From the IMG/VR virus record IMGVR_UViG_3300001485_000138, positions 1 to 64,000 of that record: a stretch of 64,000 nucleotides of DNA; one strand, 5' to 3'. Under the pieces are notes generated by a model, which worked only from the letters and a program-made list of their open reading frames with translations, had not been told where the DNA came from and did no database searches. Positions 55,510-64,000 of the stretch are shown here, in pieces (position 1 is the first letter of the stretch; each line of letters starts with the position of its first letter). Position numbers and translations under genes: made by a program. This stretch comes from a virus. Its lineage: Duplodnaviria > Caudoviricetes.

Positions 55510-58500
55510 CTATGATGTAGCACAATCTATAGCATTTTTTATGGCTTCTCTTGTAGCACTATCACTTAAAAGACTTGAATAAGCTTCTGCATCTGTGATA
55601 CCCATTCTCTTCAAAGCTTCCTTTGCTGCATCACTAAGAGTCCCATAATCAGGCATACTATAACTGCCTGCTCCTCCTACTTCTGGTGCTGTTGAAGGAA
55701 CAAACTCTCCCCAGTCCACATCATTATCCATCTCTCCCAAAGAACTTTCAAATGAATATAAGAAAGATTCTCCTGACGGCTTTTCTACTTCTGCACTACT
55801 TGGTTTTACAGGAGTCTCTCCTTCTTTTAAGGATTCCACTGCGGCTTCTGACTCAATAAGTTGTGCAAGTTCTTTTTCTGCATCAGTAAGTTTATCCCAA
55901 CTGATATTGATTTTTCTTCTGCCAGGATGGAACAACTGCTCTGGTACTGTTGTATGCATAGCTGGAGTTAATGCAGTGAAAGGCTCTGATTTTGACTTAT
56001 ACCCCATTACTAACTGACCATCATTATCTGAGTACACAGGGCCTGTCGGATTAGTACCCCTCATTCCATCTCCTTTAGGTGAAGGATACTCAATACCAAA
56101 GGAAACAATCCTAAGATTATCTGGATTTATCTTGATGCCATAGGTTTGCTCAAGCAGGTCTGCATACAAAGACAACTGAAGAGACCACTTATCTTTATTC
56201 TCCTGCTCTTTTACACTCAAAGGCTTATTGTTAGTTCTGGAAGTCTTCATATCAAAGATATAGAAATTGCCATCTCTGTCATAGCCAAACAAGTCAAGAG
56301 TTCCTGCTACATTTATCTTCCTTTCCTTACCTTCACTATCCGTAATAGTTATATTACCTACAGCCTTAATACCATTAGATACTATAGTAATTCCTTTTCC
56401 ATCAAGATTATTCTTAAATGGAATAAGCTGCTTTTCAACAAACTCTTTAAGGACTTCATTAATAATATTAGGATAGCTGTCTTTAAGACTTCCTTCAAAG
56501 AAATCTCTGACTATAGTATCAACTGTATTACCTAATGTTGTAGATGGAACACCCCACACTCCATAATCACCATCCCTGCCTTTAGCATAGCTCTCATCAG
56601 CACTACCAATAGTAGTAACTCTCAAATATCTTATCTCTTCACCATTAGGACCTTTCTCTATGTAGTATTTCTCATCCTCACTGAGTTCCAACATAGAACT
56701 TCTCTTCTTAATGGTGTCTATCAACTCCTTGGCTTTCTTCTGGGCTTCGGTTTCAGGAACATCCTTATTATTAGGAGAAACTGGAGCTGTAGGATTACCT
56801 TCTACAACTATACCTGTCTCTGCTTGAATAGTACCATTACCTCTTCCCTGAACACCTCCTTCAACTATTGGAGTAGTATCCTGAGGTTTTGGCCTCTGGG
56901 CATTATCTGGATTACCTACAGTTCTTGAACTACTTGATACATTACCATTAGCAGCAGAATAAACTGGCTTGCCATCACTGGTGAGGGGATTCCTTATATC
57001 AAGATATATAGGGTCATAAACCAATGATGTGCCTGCAAAAGTAAGGAATCCATCATCTATAATCCTACTTACCTCTTCTTCAGCAGATGCTCTCTCTCCC
57101 GCATTACTTGAATTAACATTGGAGAAATCAAAGTGAGACAACTGCCAGACAAAAGTATTCCTGACCTCACCAGCATCTTTATCATACATGATATTACGGA
57201 GCATCTCTTTAGCAACACTTATGTTACTGTCAACATCACCGCCTGCTATAATCTCACCTACCATAATATCATCAACATCAGGGTCTTCATTTGCCAACCA
57301 TACTATATACCTCGAAGGACCATTACCATTATCAAAGGCTTCTTCATCAAAGGTAACTGTCAACTTACTTTCTCCTGTAAGAAACAGATAGTTGTTAAAG
57401 TCATTCTTCCTATAGCGTTTGCCTTTGGCATTAACACCATTAAGTGCTTTTGTCAGTCTTTCTGCTTCTGCATCTCCGTCATCTATAGTAGTAACTACCT
57501 TAGCTGACTTATCTGTTCCATTACCAAAGGCTGGAGGGGCAAACAGAGGTCTGATAATTCCAAAAGCTGCCTTGGTCCTGCTGTTAAAGTTAACTACATC
57601 ATCACCACTACCTTCACCACATACTTCACCAAGTGTCTTTGTCTGAGTATCCCTGTCTTTAGTTTCAGCAGGGGAAAGCCTCATGACAAACATTGGATTA
57701 CCTTTGGAGTCACCATTAAGATTATAAGGAGCATACTGAGCCTGACCTCTGTCATCATTCCATCCAAAACCTCTAAGTAAGGATTTCTTTTTTTCCTTAT
57801 ACTCATCACTCTCTAACAGCTCTTTCCTGCTAAGACCTTCCAATCTACTGCGAGTGGTTGCATCAAAGGTATTAAGTATGCCTTCAATAAAACCATTATT
57901 ATTCTCTTGGGTATTGCTCCTGTCTGTCTGGGAATCTATATGAGCAGCATGAACATGTCCTTTTATAACTTGGGATACTAAAGGATTACCTCCTACCTTT
58001 ACTACATGTGTACCAATATTCTTATTAGCTGCATCTCTTATACTGTTTGTGTATGCTGCACCTTCCCACATTTTCCTTTTACCACTTGGTAATAGTCCTA
58101 TAGGCTGATACCATGCACCTTCTATTTCAATAGCTGTAGTAGTATTTACATTTGAAGGGGTATCTACAAGTACTGCAACAACTACAGGAAGATTGTCATC
58201 AGTACTATAATTTTCCATCTCTTCCTCAGCTGCTCTTGACCACTCATCACTGGTTAAGAAATAGACAGGCTGCCCTTCTACATTATGCTCTCGGAGATAT
58301 TCTCTTACACCATGTTGTTCTATGAACCTGGTTATCCAAGAATCAGGATAGTTATTTGCAATATGGTTAATATCAGTGGTAGCAATAAAAGCTCCCTTCC
58401 CATCAGTTACATGAACTGGGGAAGTTCTTTCTGCATATTGTCTTGCACCACTATTTCCCTTTGCTTTAGTATTCAATGTCATGGACAACTTTTCAAGTAT

Positions 58501-61500
58501 GTTTGCTGCCTTATGATATACATTATCCTGACTCTCCTGATTATTTGATTCTGCCTCCAAAGCACTTACCTGCTCAGACAAAGCATCAAGGAAATCCTCA
58601 AGTGTATCATAATGTGCATCTTCATTATTAACGAATATATCAATGAAATATTGCCATGCTAAAGCTTTTTCTTCACTTTGCTCCTTATCATAATCCAAGC
58701 TGTGCTCTGCAAGAGGAAGTATCTGTCTTGCTAAACTTAAAGGCATAGCTTGTGAAAGGAGCTTTTCATTTTCTGTATTAGGAATATCTTCCTGAGGCAT
58801 TTGCATCATCTCCACCTGAGCTTCTGTAGCCACAGTACCATTACCATCAACAAAATGTCCTGAATCTGGAGTACTGCTAAGGTTAAAAGGAGAAGGTGTA
58901 ACTGTAGGTGCTGGGGTAGGTTCAGGATTTATAACAGTAGGAGCAGCCTTAGGATTTCCTTCTGCACTTGCAGGGGCTATAGTACCTTCTACATTGAGAT
59001 TTCCTTGGTTAACTTCTTCCTCTACCTTACCGTTTATAAGTCCTACATACTGACTTACCACCCTACCTATAGTAGTAAACACCGGTACAGTCTCTTGCTG
59101 AGGAAGTCTCTTGGCATTTACAGATTCTACATACTCTCTGAATTTACCTCCCTGCTCTCCTTGGTCATTCAGCTCTGATAATGCTTGTACTACTGCCTGC
59201 TTATCTGTTACATCTACTCCCTGACTGCTGAGATACTTCATGGCATCAAACAAAAGACTGACATCATTTGGTGTCAAATCATTAAGTTTATCCATTTGTG
59301 CTATAAGGGACATGATGTTCTTCTGATTCTCTACATACCTGTCATAGTTACTCTTCTCTGTAGGCAAAGGTATTCCTTCTTCTTCATTTCTACGCTGAGT
59401 TTCCTTTTTCTCTCTTGCGTCATCTTCTACCAAAGCCTGTTTAATCACTTGTCTCTCAAACTCTGAAGCATTGGCAAGCAGATTATCCAACTCTTTTGAG
59501 TATGTTTGGAAATCATCTATACTTTCAACTCTCTCAGCAAGTCTTCTGGCTTTATCGACAGCTGCATTAAACTTAATACCTTTCACATAGTTCTGATATG
59601 CCTTTGGGTCTGTAAGTATGGCATTATACTGGTTATAGTAATCTCTTATGCCTTTCTCTAACCTACCCATATCTACCACCTTATCCAAGAAGCCTGAATC
59701 TCTCTGACTTCCTTGTCTTACAAGATTATCTATGACTTCTTGCTGCACACTGGAATATACAGGCTTAGCATTCAGACTGCCTTGTACTGCATCAAGCTGT
59801 CTCAATTTAGCATCTCTCTGCTTGTTTAGTTCTGAGAGATTCTTCCTTGCTGTTTCTACTTGCTTATTATGACGTTTCTTTGCCTTACCACTGTCATCTG
59901 TCCAGTTATCTATTTGACTTTCTGTATCTGCTATCTTACGCTCTATATCATTTAATTCCAAGTTTAAATCTTCAATCTTCTGCCTATCTTGATGTAAGAC
60001 ATTATATTGTCTTTGTGCTCCTTGTGCAAGAACCATAGCTCTGGTTACAGGGTCAAGATGCATGATGTCCTGCTCATTAAGTACAAGCTGGGCAACACTG
60101 CTATCTACATTTCCTTTCTTATCAGTAAGAGCATCAAACTCCTTAAGCTTTGCCTGCGCTTTCTTTACTTCTTCTTTTTTCTGTTTGAGTTCACCATTCT
60201 GTTTATCACTGCGCTTATCCTTAGCAATAGTCTCCAGTGCTTTTACTTTATCCTCTGCTTCTCTCTTAGTCTCCTCCAGCCTCTCTCTTTCTTTTAAAGC
60301 CTTGTTAAGACTTCCATACTTAAGTATAAGCCTCTCAAGGTTTTCTGATAATCCACTACTTTGACTTCCTCTTGAATTCTGAATACTTCCTGAAAGCCTG
60401 TCTATCTCTTCTTTGAGTTGGTCTCTTCTGCTTACAAAATCATCATGCATCAACTTGCCATAGATAAGACTCTGCTTAGTATCTTCATCTACCCTGCCTA
60501 AGGTATTATCTACTTTCCTACCTTCTGCCTCTACCTCAGACATAAGACCTAACATCCTGTTAGCATTCTTCTGAAGCCTCTCCACTATCTGCTGGTCACT
60601 CATATTAGCCATCTCATCAGTGGACTTACGCATAGTATCAATAAGTCTCTTGGTAGTTTCTGCATTCATATCCATCTCAGATACAGCCTGAAGTTCTCCT
60701 ATAATACTGTCATAGAAGTCAGTACCTTTCAGCTTATCAAGCATGAACACATCATTGATAAACCTTCCCATCTGAGACTTTCTGAAACTGAACTGATCAT
60801 TACCCTCTGCTGCACTAAACATCTTATTAAGCCAGTTAGCCGTACCTACTGCACCATCCCATTTGGCTTTGTTCTGAGGGTCTTTCATCCATTCAGTAAG
60901 ATAAGAAGACATTGCATTGGCTGCTTCTGTCTCATCCTGCATGTCATTCCAAGCATTGACAGCACCACTTCTCCAAGGAGTAAGACGTTTGGTTACATCC
61001 CACCAACTTTCTTTCTCACCTCTTTCATTAAGTCCTCTGCCCCACTTATTCTGTCTGAGCTTACCATCTTCACCTCTGCTATAACCTCTTCTTACTCCTG
61101 CCACTGTACCAAGAGTAGAACTTACTGCACCTAAGATACCTGACTGAAGAGATTGTCTGTTAAAACTTCCACCAGCAGCAGTAAAGAAAGCAGATAAGTC
61201 AGAAGCAAACTGGTCTCCTACAGCAGCATCACCATCACCTTCAAACTTATTCTTGATAAACTCTGATATGTTATTCTCTGCGGCACCTTGAGCAGCATTA
61301 CTACTTACATCCTGCCAAAATTCTTCTCCACCTTGACCTAAAGGCTCTCTAAGTACATTCCATACTCTTTGAGCCTTAGATATAGTTGGAGTGACAGTAC
61401 CATCTGCACTGACTTTATATTTAGGACCGCCATATAATATCTTACCAATCCATGATTTCTCTCCTATCACCTTGGAGTTACGCATGGACTCTTGGACACT

Positions 61501-63072
61501 TGGAGCCATAAGGCCTGCTTTAAGCGTAGTATTGGCTATACCATTTATAAAAGAGTTTACACCAAAGTCTGTGATTCCTGCAATAGTAGAGGCATAGTTC
61601 ACCTGTGCAGCTGACTCATTATACTCATCGGCATATCTATCCCACACTTCCCTGTATATAGCAGCAGGATTAGGCATTTCTGGCTTAACCAATGTCGTAC
61701 TACCATCATCTCTTCTTATTTCCATCATAGGAGCATTCTCCCATTCTGCCATCCTCTGCCTGTATAAAGCACTGGCTTCCTCTGCTACAAGATTCTGATA
61801 GTAGTCATTGAGGTTATTCATTCCCTCTGTCTGAGTTTCTATCTTAGTGTTAAGACCATTAACTGCTCCTTCAAGAGTTCCCACACTTCCAGGTATCACA
61901 AATCTGTCTGTAAAATTCTGTACTTGTTTTAGGACTGTAAGAGCTCTCTTGGTGGATTCTAACCCCTTAAATACTTTCCCTGTGTTATATAAAGCCATGA
62001 CTCCCTTGGATGCAGCACCGAATAACTTATTAGCTATTGCTGCTTCTCCATATCCCCACAGCATACTTAAAACTGTAAATCCTCCTGACTGCAATGCCTG
62101 AGGTATGGTAGAAGAATTAAATAGATAATTCTCTTGGTCATCAGTAGTAACTATGGCATCATTACCTATCCCTTCAGGATTATATCTTGTTGCAGTTTCT
62201 TTTGTCCTTGCTATTCTCTCATCTGCTGTCTCATTCATAAGACCAAGCACAGATAATGCATCTTGTATATGTGAAGCTCCTGCATGTTCCAAATCCCTGC
62301 CATATCTTGTAATAGGATTATCCATCATCACATCAAGCTTACCTGCTAACCAGTTGGTGTGCTCTTCTTCAGGACTTAAAAACAAAGCACCATATATATT
62401 ACCAAATCCTTGTATCAGACCTCCTTCAATAGCAGGTATAAGATGTGATATACCATCCCACAACTGAGAACCAAATGTCTGGTTTTCTCCCACCCTGTTC
62501 TTCATCTGACGGTCTAACCACATGTTAGCATCATCCTCACCATATAACTCAAGATAGGTATCATAACCAGCTGCAAGTTGTCTGTAATCAGCATCTGTCA
62601 AAGGTAACAAGTCAGTATTGCTATATCTCTTATAATAAGAGGACACATCACTGGCTATCCTATCTATCTTCTCCTTTGCTGTCAAGTTAGCACTACCAGT
62701 CCTACCTACACCATACTGCTGTAAGTATTTATTTAATGCAGGCTGCAAAGCTTTTTTTCTCTCATCTTCATATTCATCATATACTGAAAATGCACGATTT
62801 TTAGAACTACCAGAATCCATACTGCCAAGTAAAGAAAGCCCACTTACACCAACAGAACCTCCACTACCCACATTCAAACGAGCATCATCCTTTACAAATT
62901 CAACAGCAGTTCCTACAGAATCAGGACTATTATGCCTTTCCTGTATGAGTGTATCTATAATGGTAGTATCAGGCTCTTGCTGATAACCCATCACTTCATC
63001 TATATTCCTTTTCTCTTCATCTGTCCTATCTGATGCTGACAGACCTCTTAATTCTCCTGTATATATTGGCAT
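55510..63072 (-). CDS. giant virion/ejection protein (2520 aa) with C-terminal PD-(D/E)XK nuclease-like domain
   Basis: VAGTLDLFGYDRDGNFYIFDMKTS...QLSLYA near the C-terminus; coiled-coil middle. Confidence 0.75.
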   Translation of the reverse strand: MPIYTGELRGLSASDRTDEEKRNIDEVMGYQQEPDTTIIDTLIQERHNSPDSVGTAVEFVKDDARLNVGSGGSVGVSGLSLLGSMDSGSSKNRAFSVYDEYEDERKKALQPALNKYLQQYGVGRTGSANLTAKEKIDRIASDVSSYYKRYSNTDLLPLTDADYRQLAAGYDTYLELYGEDDANMWLDRQMKNRVGENQTFGSQLWDGISHLIPAIEGGLIQGFGNIYGALFLSPEEEHTNWLAGKLDVMMDNPITRYGRDLEHAGASHIQDALSVLGLMNETADERIARTKETATRYNPEGIGNDAIVTTDDQENYLFNSSTIPQALQSGGFTVLSMLWGYGEAAIANKLFGAASKGVMALYNTGKVFKGLESTKRALTVLKQVQNFTDRFVIPGSVGTLEGAVNGLNTKIETQTEGMNNLNDYYQNLVAEEASALYRQRMAEWENAPMMEIRRDDGSTTLVKPEMPNPAAIYREVWDRYADEYNESAAQVNYASTIAGITDFGVNSFINGIANTTLKAGLMAPSVQESMRNSKVIGEKSWIGKILYGGPKYKVSADGTVTPTISKAQRVWNVLREPLGQGGEEFWQDVSSNAAQGAAENNISEFIKNKFEGDGDAAVGDQFASDLSAFFTAAGGSFNRQSLQSGILGAVSSTLGTVAGVRRGYSRGEDGKLRQNKWGRGLNERGEKESWWDVTKRLTPWRSGAVNAWNDMQDETEAANAMSSYLTEWMKDPQNKAKWDGAVGTANWLNKMFSAAEGNDQFSFRKSQMGRFINDVFMLDKLKGTDFYDSIIGELQAVSEMDMNAETTKRLIDTMRKSTDEMANMSDQQIVERLQKNANRMLGLMSEVEAEGRKVDNTLGRVDEDTKQSLIYGKLMHDDFVSRRDQLKEEIDRLSGSIQNSRGSQSSGLSENLERLILKYGSLNKALKERERLEETKREAEDKVKALETIAKDKRSDKQNGELKQKKEEVKKAQAKLKEFDALTDKKGNVDSSVAQLVLNEQDIMHLDPVTRAMVLAQGAQRQYNVLHQDRQKIEDLNLELNDIERKIADTESQIDNWTDDSGKAKKRHNKQVETARKNLSELNKQRDAKLRQLDAVQGSLNAKPVYSSVQQEVIDNLVRQGSQRDSGFLDKVVDMGRLEKGIRDYYNQYNAILTDPKAYQNYVKGIKFNAAVDKARRLAERVESIDDFQTYSKELDNLLANASEFERQVIKQALVEDDAREKKETQRRNEEEGIPLPTEKSNYDRYVENQKNIMSLIAQMDKLNDLTPNDVSLLFDAMKYLSSQGVDVTDKQAVVQALSELNDQGEQGGKFREYVESVNAKRLPQQETVPVFTTIGRVVSQYVGLINGKVEEEVNQGNLNVEGTIAPASAEGNPKAAPTVINPEPTPAPTVTPSPFNLSSTPDSGHFVDGNGTVATEAQVEMMQMPQEDIPNTENEKLLSQAMPLSLARQILPLAEHSLDYDKEQSEEKALAWQYFIDIFVNNEDAHYDTLEDFLDALSEQVSALEAESNNQESQDNVYHKAANILEKLSMTLNTKAKGNSGARQYAERTSPVHVTDGKGAFIATTDINHIANNYPDSWITRFIEQHGVREYLREHNVEGQPVYFLTSDEWSRAAEEEMENYSTDDNLPVVVAVLVDTPSNVNTTTAIEIEGAWYQPIGLLPSGKRKMWEGAAYTNSIRDAANKNIGTHVVKVGGNPLVSQVIKGHVHAAHIDSQTDRSNTQENNNGFIEGILNTFDATTRSRLEGLSRKELLESDEYKEKKKSLLRGFGWNDDRGQAQYAPYNLNGDSKGNPMFVMRLSPAETKDRDTQTKTLGEVCGEGSGDDVVNFNSRTKAAFGIIRPLFAPPAFGNGTDKSAKVVTTIDDGDAEAERLTKALNGVNAKGKRYRKNDFNNYLFLTGESKLTVTFDEEAFDNGNGPSRYIVWLANEDPDVDDIMVGEIIAGGDVDSNISVAKEMLRNIMYDKDAGEVRNTFVWQLSHFDFSNVNSSNAGERASAEEEVSRIIDDGFLTFAGTSLVYDPIYLDIRNPLTSDGKPVYSAANGNVSSSSRTVGNPDNAQRPKPQDTTPIVEGGVQGRGNGTIQAETGIVVEGNPTAPVSPNNKDVPETEAQKKAKELIDTIKKRSSMLELSEDEKYYIEKGPNGEEIRYLRVTTIGSADESYAKGRDGDYGVWGVPSTTLGNTVDTIVRDFFEGSLKDSYPNIINEVLKEFVEKQLIPFKNNLDGKGITIVSNGIKAVGNITITDSEGKERKINVAGTLDLFGYDRDGNFYIFDMKTSRTNNKPLSVKEQENKDKWSLQLSLYADLLEQTYGIKINPDNLRIVSFGIEYPSPKGDGMRGTNPTGPVYSDNDGQLVMGYKSKSEPFTALTPAMHTTVPEQLFHPGRRKINISWDKLTDAEKELAQLIESEAAVESLKEGETPVKPSSAEVEKPSGESFLYSFESSLGEMDNDVDWGEFVPSTAPEVGGAGSYSMPDYGTLSDAAKEALKRMGITDAEAYSSLLSDSATREAIKNAIDCATS

Positions 63073-63077
63073 GACTT

Positions 63078-64000
63078 TTAGTTGGTTTTAATTGCTACTA
63101 AATAATGAGGGCGACTACCTCCCTCACTTGGAACTTCTATTACTTCATAAGTAGGAGATGTATGCAATCCATTATCCTTCTTATACCTTCCTACAAGGGT
63201 TTCTATTGCATCACGGACCCTATTATCTAAGAACTGGAAGTCATCTCTTGGAGTAGGGGCACCAGTAGCATCATGTTCTTCTTTCAATATTCGTACACCT
63301 CTACCTTTATCTTTATCATCAAACATATCGCTGGTAGAAAAGTCTCCATACCAGTCTACTACATTCGAGTTAGTATAACCCATAAATCTGTTTGGCAGAT
63401 CTTCCCCCAGATAACCAGATACCCAGCCAAAGTCATATTTAAAATTCGGATTACCATTTGCTCTTTGTTTTTGAGCTTGTAAATCTTCATTACTAACATC
63501 ATGGTCATATTTTACCCCACCTATAATTTCATATTCAAAATTCTGATTACCAACTTTTAAAGTGAATTTATTACCATGTTTAACATTTTTGAAATTCCTA
63601 TTTGCCTCATCCTTAGCTCTATTTAATAAAGCCATGCCTTGAGTTCCCTCAGTATTAAGTACAGGAGTGCCATCTTCACTTATCGTATAAGCAGGTATTT
63701 TTGATAAATCATCACCATTATTTCCGCCTTTTCCATTCCCATAAGTCAGATTACCACTACTACTTATACCAAACTTACTTGGGTCTATATCATCCCTAAG
63801 CTTTATCCTGCCATTCTCATCTGTAGTGTATAATGGGTTATTCTGCATAGGTACTATATTACCCTTATCATCTCTGGTAAAGCCTTGTTGTAATAAACCA
63901 AAATTAAATACATCTACCTGACGTTGAGTTGACTCCCTCTGTCTTGCATCCTGTGCTGCCTGTGCTGCTGTCAATACTCCAGGATTCTGCATTGCCTTCC
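63078..64000 (-). CDS. C-terminal part of a probable virion protein, truncated by the window edge
   Basis: Frame stays open upstream of the track ATG (63992) to the window end. Confidence 0.65.
   Translation of the reverse strand, partial: KAMQNPGVLTAAQAAQDARQRESTQRQVDVFNFGLLQQGFTRDDKGNIVPMQNNPLYTTDENGRIKLRDDIDPSKFGISSSGNLTYGNGKGGNNGDDLSKIPAYTISEDGTPVLNTEGTQGMALLNRAKDEANRNFKNVKHGNKFTLKVGNQNFEYEIIGGVKYDHDVSNEDLQAQKQRANGNPNFKYDFGWVSGYLGEDLPNRFMGYTNSNVVDWYGDFSTSDMFDDKDKGRGVRILKEEHDATGAPTPRDDFQFLDNRVRDAIETLVGRYKKDNGLHTSPTYEVIEVPSEGGSRPHYLVAIKTN

Noticed and set aside
2216-62467. Numerous short opposite-strand or alternate-frame ORFs in the track (e.g. 5479..5883, 7870..8316, 41891..42313, 56146..56535)
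   Set aside because: They are fully nested in longer motif-bearing genes, have no recognisable motifs, and are typical antisense shadows.
1-64000. Stop-codon reassignment (TAG or TGA), common in some crAss-like phages
   Set aside because: Genes up to 2.8k aa are intact in code 11. TAG and TGA both end well-packed genes (e.g. TAG at 2434, 3202, 24319; TGA at 10764, 20559). No suppressor tRNA is seen.
1-64000. Diversity-generating retroelement, integrase, capsid/terminase/portal genes
   Set aside because: No reverse-transcriptase YxDD context, TR/VR pair or recombinase motif was seen. The head and packaging genes presumably lie outside the window.

Overview
A 64-kb segment of a lytic crAss-like (Crassvirales) bacteriophage with a Bacteroidota host, read in standard code 11. 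Layout: (1) 1-9.5 kb: tRNA-Arg(UCU), an unusual 140-nt tRNA-like RNA and about 30 short accessory ORFs. (2) 9.5-37 kb, + strand replication/nucleotide module: SF2 helicase, DnaB-like helicase, AAA ATPase, probable SSB, primase, UNG, two PD-(D/E)XK nucleases, intein-containing class II RNR, dUTPase, retropepsin, family B DNA polymerase and ThyX. A complete ubiquitin-like conjugation cassette (Ubl, E2-like, JAB, E1/ThiF plus one coupled unknown) is embedded at 16.4-21.3 kb. (3) 37-50.7 kb: the giant DFDID-motif virion RNA polymerase and a second giant protein. (4) 51.5-64 kb, - strand: an uncharacterised six-gene operon interrupted by an HNH endonuclease, then large virion/ejection proteins. The best leads are the phage-encoded Ubl-E2-JAB-E1 cassette, an 11-copy 29-nt AGTHAGTG-hairpin element with fully covarying stems placed at gene ends, the 140-nt tRNA-like RNA, and apparent relics of a displaced PolA gene on both sides of PolB. 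All calls come from motif reading by eye and recalled family knowledge. No database searches or folding programs were run.
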